A stretch of DNA of 64,000 bases from Promethearchaeota archaeon (GTDB taxonomy: Archaea > Asgardarchaeota > Thorarchaeia > Thorarchaeales > Thorarchaeaceae): positions 1-64,000 of the forward strand of contig JBHLPF010000015.1 of assembly GCA_048939765.1 (NCBI GenBank), written 5' to 3'. The notes below the pieces were generated by a model, which did not search any database, was not told the DNA's origin, and saw only the letters and a list, made by a program, of their open reading frames with translations. Below, in pieces: positions 58,295 to 64,000 of this stretch. Position numbers and translations under genes: made by a program. Positions within the stretch are counted from its first letter, which is position 1; the number at the start of each line of letters is the position of its first letter.

Positions 58295-59176
58295 CTAGAA
58301 TCTATTGGGAACTGGCTTTTCGCCAGAATAGTCGTAGAACCCCCTGCCAGATTTTCTACCCAACCAACCTGCACGAACCATTTTTCTTAGCAATGCAGGT
58401 GCTCTGTACTTGCTGTCTTTGAACTCATCCACAAAGTAGTCAGATATGTAGAGCATCGTGTCAAGGCCAACAAAATCAGCAAGAGTAAGAGGTCCCATAG
58501 GCCAGTTGAGTCCAAGATGAATTGCCTTATCCATGTCCTCGACAGTCGCAATACCTTCTTGGATTGCAAATACTGCCTCATTCAGCGCCGGAACCAGCAA
58601 GCGATTGACCGCGAATCCTGGTGCTTCATTGACCAATACGGTTTCCTTCCCAATCTTGGCAGAAACTTCCTCAATGACCTTAACAGTCGATTCATCGGTT
58701 GCTTGGCCGTTAATGATCTCCACTAGCCCCATCACGGGGACTGGATTGAAGAAGTGCATGCCGATGAATAGATTTGGCCGCTCGGTGACGGCAGCCATTT
58801 GAGTAATGCTGATACTAGAAGTGTTGGAGGCCAAGATCGCATGCTTTGGAGCAGCCTCGTCGACTTCTTTCCATGTATCAAGTTTGAGCTTCACAATCTC
58901 AGGAATTGCTTCGATAACAAGATCTGCATCTTTGACAGCGTCTTTCAGGTCAAGAACACCCTCAATCCTTCCTATGGTTGCATCAATCTCCTCCTGAGTA
59001 ATCTTGCCCTTCTTGAGCCCCCGCTCAAGATTCTTCTTTATGATTGCCATCCCCTTGTCAATGAACTTCTGGTCGATGTCTCTCATCTTCACCTCGTATC
59101 CAGCCTGAGCACAAACCTGAGCAATACCATTCCCCATTTGTCCTGCACCCAGAACTGCAATCTTCTTAATCTCCAT
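58295..59176 (-). CDS. hbd: 3-hydroxybutyryl-CoA dehydrogenase
   Basis: GAGQMG, IEAIPE, ASNTSS, GMHFFNP, PGFAVNR, PMGP, GRKSGRGFY. Confidence 0.94.
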   Translation of the reverse strand: MEIKKIAVLGAGQMGNGIAQVCAQAGYEVKMRDIDQKFIDKGMAIIKKNLERGLKKGKITQEEIDATIGRIEGVLDLKDAVKDADLVIEAIPEIVKLKLDTWKEVDEAAPKHAILASNTSSISITQMAAVTERPNLFIGMHFFNPVPVMGLVEIINGQATDESTVKVIEEVSAKIGKETVLVNEAPGFAVNRLLVPALNEAVFAIQEGIATVEDMDKAIHLGLNWPMGPLTLADFVGLDTMLYISDYFVDEFKDSKYRAPALLRKMVRAGWLGRKSGRGFYDYSGEKPVPNRF

Positions 59177-59350
59177 AATTTCAACCTCTTACTGATGGTT
59201 AGTCTGTTTTTGGCTCGGCAATAGGTGGGTAATATGTCTGTTGCTGAGTCGAGTTGGAGGTTGATTCTCGTCCTCCATCGTTAGTCTTATTTCAGACAAG
59301 AATCGACCATCAGTTAACAGGGTACGCGCAAATAGCTTAGAGGTGATAAG

Positions 59351-60295
59351 ATGGCGACACTTATGTCATTATTCCCAGTAATCACCACAATTGTAGCAAC
59401 AATCTTCACCTATTTGGTATTTCAACAATGGAGAAGAAGAAGGAGAATTTACCAGCTACTGTGGTTCATCTCTTTAGTCATGTTCGCTGTCACTGCAGCC
59501 TTCGAAGCAATCTCAGAGTTTCTGGGCTGGAGTGTTCCAGTCTATCGGGTATATCTTGTCCTATCTGCCTCACAAGTCGCAATAATGGGGGCCGGGGCGC
59601 TTTACCTTATTCTAGCGAAGAACGTATTCTCCACCAAGGGCTTATTGGCAATTGATGCCATCCTCATTGGAATCATAGCCTTATTCTCATGGATGATGAC
59701 GTTGAGTTCCATAACCGACTATTCGGCACTGGTCTTTGGATCTATGGAGTATCCCATTGCAGGAATTGGTACATATTTCGTTTTGGTTGTGCTGGCGTTT
59801 ATATTTGGCAGGAACATGCAGCCAAACAGGAAGAAGATGCTTCATGGTCACATCTACATCATATTTGCAATTATATTGACATTGTGGATGGGAGCATATG
59901 CAGCTGTTGCTGTGGTTGATACAGATGCGTTTGTTGCTGGAATCGCAGTGGCAGGTCATGCTATGGCCCAACATGTCAGGAATTTCTCTCCAATGCTTTC
60001 TGTGACTGGCGGATTCCTATTAATCGGCGGAGCATTCTTTTCATTCCTAAAGACGAGATTCACATTCAACCTTTGGATTGCTCTGGGTGGCCTCGCGATT
60101 TCAGTCGCGGGTGCTATTGCTAGAGGAGGTATAGAGTTTGGTAATGTTCTGTATATTGGCGAAGTGATCGGCGTCTTTCTATTGACAAAAGGATTCGTGG
60201 ATTCTGATAAGGTGATTCGAGAGAGAGCTGAACGCTCAAGGCCTGGAAACTCGGATGATCGCTCCCTTTCTAGCGATGAGAGCGCAGATGAATGA
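59351..60295 (+). CDS. Polytopic membrane protein (N-terminus resembles sensor-type TM modules)
   Basis: About 9 TM segments; GAGGTGA SD. Confidence 0.8.
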   Translation: MATLMSLFPVITTIVATIFTYLVFQQWRRRRRIYQLLWFISLVMFAVTAAFEAISEFLGWSVPVYRVYLVLSASQVAIMGAGALYLILAKNVFSTKGLLAIDAILIGIIALFSWMMTLSSITDYSALVFGSMEYPIAGIGTYFVLVVLAFIFGRNMQPNRKKMLHGHIYIIFAIILTLWMGAYAAVAVVDTDAFVAGIAVAGHAMAQHVRNFSPMLSVTGGFLLIGGAFFSFLKTRFTFNLWIALGGLAISVAGAIARGGIEFGNVLYIGEVIGVFLLTKGFVDSDKVIRERAERSRPGNSDDRSLSSDESADE

Positions 60296-60466
60296 TGAGA
60301 AGAAGAGATGATTAGAGCGGTCAATGATGGCTAGGCAAACGGCAACGTTGTTCGAATCCCCTGATTAGTATAGGGAAATGCCATCTGGACAAGATTAATA
60401 CCGCCAAATGTGGATATTGCATAAAGGCCTACAGCCAGAATATAAGAACACGCCAGAGGATTGAAT

Positions 60467-61213
60467 ATGTCAGATCGTCCACAGTTTCTTACAGTCACTT
60501 ATTCGGACCGTGGTCTAGACGCAATGGGCTATGAGCGGAAGATGGTCCGAGAGAAGGATGTCAAGTTTGATGGAGAGGACGGCTCGATTGAGCTCACAGA
60601 TATCAGACTTGTCTGGATAAAGAAGCCGTCAAAATGGGGTGCCGCAAAGAAGTTTGGTGCCCTTGCAGGAGCCGTGGCAGGTGCGGCCTTATTGGAGGGA
60701 ATAGGCAGAGAAATGGGAGGAGTTGGAGGTAGAGCAGTGAGAAGCCTTGGTCGAGGCATAGGCTTTGCTGCAGTGGGTGCAGCAATTTCCACATGGACCT
60801 CAGATTCATTTTATAATAAAGACGCAAACGGTAATACCGAGAGCCTAGCGATACCCATCCTTGCCATAAGCCAAGCCGCTCAGAGCGGAAACGAACTTAT
60901 TATTGATCTAACATCCGGGGGAAATCTCCGTTTCAAATTCAAGCAGAAGAGAGTCATTCCTTCAATCATGGCTAATATCTCATCTGCTCAAGATGCAGGG
61001 AAGTGTCCCTATTGTGGAGCTGGGAATGCATCCGGAGCCAACGCCTGCTCAAAATGTGGTGCACCCCTTGCAGGCGGCGGTGGTGGTCAGGCAGGAGCAC
61101 ACACCGAGAGCGTCACCATATCTACCGGCGGTGGCGGAGGCTTCTGTACAAACTGTGGTCAACCATATCCTGCAGGCGCGAAGTTCTGCGGAAGTTGCGG
61201 CCAGAAAGTCTGA
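60467..61213 (+). CDS. PH/GRAM-like domain protein with glycine-zipper insert and two zinc ribbons
   Basis: DGSIELTDIRLVW strand motif; G/A-rich hairpin; CPYCG..CSKCG and CTNCG..CGSCG. Confidence 0.75.
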   Translation: MSDRPQFLTVTYSDRGLDAMGYERKMVREKDVKFDGEDGSIELTDIRLVWIKKPSKWGAAKKFGALAGAVAGAALLEGIGREMGGVGGRAVRSLGRGIGFAAVGAAISTWTSDSFYNKDANGNTESLAIPILAISQAAQSGNELIIDLTSGGNLRFKFKQKRVIPSIMANISSAQDAGKCPYCGAGNASGANACSKCGAPLAGGGGGQAGAHTESVTISTGGGGGFCTNCGQPYPAGAKFCGSCGQKV

Positions 61214-61258
61214 TTTCTGAAGATCTAGCAAGGTCTGGCGATTCAGCCAGACCTTCTC

Positions 61259-62014
61259 TCATCTGAAGAGGTCTTCCTCTTTTGCTCGTGGTATGTCCTT
61301 AGCTGTTTCATGTCCGCTTCTGTATTTGTAGCCCCTAACCACGACGACTGGCATTCCCTCATCTGCTTGTCCCATCAAGGGTTCTGTTGCTGAAGCTATT
61401 TCGTCAATCTGACAGACCATCGACCTTTGCAGCGGCTTCCCATAGAGGTCCAGCTTTCCTCTGTTATGCTTGAACGCATTGATGCCAGCACATCCAATAG
61501 CAATATTGATTGAGCCCTCTCTCCAAGGTCTCCCCTGCGTATCAGTTATGATGACCGCTAGTTCGAGACCTGTTTGATCCTTGAGATTCGTTAGAATAGA
61601 AGCAGCACTTGCATCGGGGTCTTTTGGAAGCAAGATGAAGCTGTCTGGAGGCGCATTTGATTTGTCGACTCCGCTAAAGTTGCAAATGAGACCTGAATCG
61701 GTTTCAGTGATCAACACACCTCGGTTCCTTAGCACGAGTCGGCTTTCCCTCAATGCCAGCTCGACCTGAACTGGATCAAATCCATTGGATTCTGCAATCT
61801 CCTTTGCTCTGCCGGAAATCTGCACGGAATCGCGGTGTACGACTCTGCCTTCTGCCTTCGAAACAATGGAATGAGCTATGACAAGGATGTCTCCCGCGTT
61901 CAATGCAAGTTTGGATTTGCTAAGGCACTTTAGAATTGCAGATGCTAGATCCATTCCTTTCTCAATCTCAGGGATATTCGGAATGCTGAATAGCTGGATT
62001 CCCACTTGCGGCAA
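61259..62014 (-). CDS. cofE: Coenzyme F420-0:L-glutamate ligase
   Basis: IPEI..G.DL, VSKAEG, GVDKSN, LP.DPDASA, DTQGRPWREG, DEIAS, DLFR. Confidence 0.94.
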   Translation of the reverse strand: MPQVGIQLFSIPNIPEIEKGMDLASAILKCLSKSKLALNAGDILVIAHSIVSKAEGRVVHRDSVQISGRAKEIAESNGFDPVQVELALRESRLVLRNRGVLITETDSGLICNFSGVDKSNAPPDSFILLPKDPDASAASILTNLKDQTGLELAVIITDTQGRPWREGSINIAIGCAGINAFKHNRGKLDLYGKPLQRSMVCQIDEIASATEPLMGQADEGMPVVVVRGYKYRSGHETAKDIPRAKEEDLFR

Positions 62015-62249
62015 CCTCTCGTGTTTCAGATGTCAAATGTGCACGGTAGGCGAAAAACCTACCCTTAGCCAATATATTCTGCCCTAGACTCCTCCCAGAT
62101 GGGTATTATGACGGGAAAACAATAAATGCGATATAGAGGAACTCCTGAGAGTCAAGAAACACCGTATTGTGCCTTATCTGGGGTTATAAGTCGGTAAGGG
62201 AATGTTAAACCAATATGCTTGAGCACAGCTTTCAACGGAGTGAATAGCC

Positions 62250-64000
62250 ATGAGTTCAAAGAAGAAGAAATCCAACCAGGCGAGGAAGAAATCAGCCCCT
62301 CGTAAGCAGTCGGCCTCGGATCCAGTCGCGACAGGAGCAGGGGATATTCGCCAAGGTACAATTGCCAAGTTCATGCGGAAAAGAACTCAGCTAGTGGGCT
62401 TTGAAACTGGCTTAAACAAACATACCCAATTTGCCATCGAGTTCCTAGATAATGCGATTGACGCAGTGGAGAGCTGGTGGTGGAAGGCCAGCCGACACCC
62501 ACGGCTAGATGACCAATTGGATCCAAAATATATCGAGGAAATCCGTACAAAGCTTGATGGAACTCTTCATGATTCAATTGCTCTAAGCAAGCAGCTAGAG
62601 AAGGATGTGAGGGAAGGCAAGGAAGTCGAGATCCCCCCTCGGAGAAGGGAAACTCTGCAGGACCGCCTTACAACCTTCAGGAAGTTTCTGATTCCTTTCA
62701 GGGGATTGATTAGCAGACGAGAGCCCTTCTGCGTCATTCAACTCACTGAGGTTCAGATGCCTGACCTTGTCCCGCTTGACGATGAAGAGGGATTCAAGGT
62801 CTACGAGTTCGCATGCTTCGATAATGGAGTGGGCATGGTTCCGGCCGATTTGGAGAAGTATGGCATATATCTCGCCTCAAGCAAATCTGAGAAGCTAAGG
62901 CAGACTCGAGGGAGTCAGGGATTCGGCGCTCCATCTGCCTTTAGCGATGCCCAGAATACAACTGGGAAGCCCATCTTCACAATTTCAAAGCGTTTCAATG
63001 TAGCAGAGGCTACAGTTACAGACTTCTACACGACAACTGCAAACACAAAGGAGTACGTAAGCGGACCAATCAACATGGAACTACCTTTTGAGCATGGGAC
63101 CTATATCAAACTCAACTATCTGAATATCCAATATCGGCGTGGATATGCTGATACCTACGTTGAGATGGCATCGCTGCTCAACTCTCATGTGACACTCGTC
63201 TTCATTGACCCCTATGGGGACGTCCGTATTTATCCGAGAAGGGTGAAGGAATTTCCTGATGAGCCAAAGTACGCACAGCCTCATCCAGCAAGCATTCGTA
63301 TCGGTGAGTTCCAGGACCTACTCCGTGAATCCCCAGAGCCAGATTTGCGAAGCTTCCTGACAAAAGCCTTTGTGAGGTTGAGTGGAAACAAGGCAAAGAC
63401 CATCATCGGCAATGCAAACAAAGAGTTGCGGAAGCGGCATCAGGATACACTAAGCGCTAAAACACCCACCGATTCCCTGTCAAAGATGGAAATAGAACTG
63501 CTCTACAAGTCATTCTCCGGAGAGGACTACATTGCACCACCAACTGATACAGTAGTCCCAGTTGGAGAAGAGGTCTTTGAGCAGACCATACACATGGCTT
63601 ATGAGCCAGATTTCGCTACAGCAGTTACAAGAAAGCCTACTTCTGGGAAAGGCCTATCTTTTGCGGTAGAGGTGTGTATTGCCTATGGAGGGAGTATCAG
63701 ACCAGCAACTTCTGCCCCAATGGTCCTGTGGCGGTTTGTGAACCGTGTTCCAAAGCTCAGAGACAACAGTGACTGTGCAACTTGGAAGGCAACAGCATCG
63801 GTGAATTGGAAGAACTACAAGGTCCAGACCTTTGACAATGGCATTCCGCGAGGGCCCATTATGGTGTTTATCCATGTGGCAGGAGCATACGTTCACGTGA
63901 TGTTCAAGGGGCAGAGTAAGCAAGCGCTTGCAGAGGATGAAGTGCTGCTACGTGAGATTAAGTTGGCCCTCGAAGATGCAGGTAGAAGATTCAGACGCTT
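62250..64000 (+). CDS. top6B: DNA topoisomerase VI subunit B (partial, runs off the window)
   Basis: Not in the ORF track. Manual translation from ATG 62250 gives GHKL boxes EFLDNAIDA, DNGVGM and QTRGSQGFG, then FAVEVCIAYGG, RFVNRVP and KGQSKQAL. Confidence 0.93.
   Translation, partial: MSSKKKKSNQARKKSAPRKQSASDPVATGAGDIRQGTIAKFMRKRTQLVGFETGLNKHTQFAIEFLDNAIDAVESWWWKASRHPRLDDQLDPKYIEEIRTKLDGTLHDSIALSKQLEKDVREGKEVEIPPRRRETLQDRLTTFRKFLIPFRGLISRREPFCVIQLTEVQMPDLVPLDDEEGFKVYEFACFDNGVGMVPADLEKYGIYLASSKSEKLRQTRGSQGFGAPSAFSDAQNTTGKPIFTISKRFNVAEATVTDFYTTTANTKEYVSGPINMELPFEHGTYIKLNYLNIQYRRGYADTYVEMASLLNSHVTLVFIDPYGDVRIYPRRVKEFPDEPKYAQPHPASIRIGEFQDLLRESPEPDLRSFLTKAFVRLSGNKAKTIIGNANKELRKRHQDTLSAKTPTDSLSKMEIELLYKSFSGEDYIAPPTDTVVPVGEEVFEQTIHMAYEPDFATAVTRKPTSGKGLSFAVEVCIAYGGSIRPATSAPMVLWRFVNRVPKLRDNSDCATWKATASVNWKNYKVQTFDNGIPRGPIMVFIHVAGAYVHVMFKGQSKQALAEDEVLLREIKLALEDAGRRFRR

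Noticed and set aside
60326-60385. GTTCGAATCCC, resembling a tRNA T-loop, inside a GATGGC/GCCATC-bounded segment
   Set aside because: The T-stem does not pair (CGTTG against CCCCT) and no D or anticodon arm can be drawn, so it is not called a tRNA.
322-63923. Numerous short ORFs in the track that are antisense to or nested in longer genes
   Set aside because: They shadow well-supported CDSs and show no motifs or ribosome-binding sites.

Overview
This is a gene-dense archaeal chromosomal window. The gene content (Top6B, RFC, a TFS-like protein, CofE, a GTPBP1-like GTPase, grpE-dnaK-dnaJ and several eukaryote-like architectures) suggests an Asgard archaeon, probably Thorarchaeia; this is an inference. 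I found no rRNA, tRNA, CRISPR array or transposase. The best candidate for an undescribed system lies at about 10.6-15.5 kb. There, a radical SAM/SPASM enzyme with an N-terminal PqqD-like RiPP-recognition element is divergently linked to a DUF2207-like membrane protein. That protein ends in a 49-aa tail of CHSA/CVSHDA repeats (11 Cys, 9 His) and is translationally coupled to a metallophosphoesterase. The arrangement looks like a membrane-tethered RiPP-type precursor with its maturase. Other notable items: (1) a subtilase with Site-1 protease (MBTPS1)-like architecture; (2) an XPB helicase with an N-terminal domain and a nearby candidate partner; (3) a 19-aa leader ORF and a structured RNA upstream of a RIO kinase; (4) a TFS paralog with only one zinc ribbon; (5) a CTL/SLC44-like membrane protein; (6) a PadR pseudogene missed by the ORF track; (7) seven convergent gene pairs whose stop codons overlap within 4 bp. 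All family assignments come from motif recognition by eye; no searches were run.
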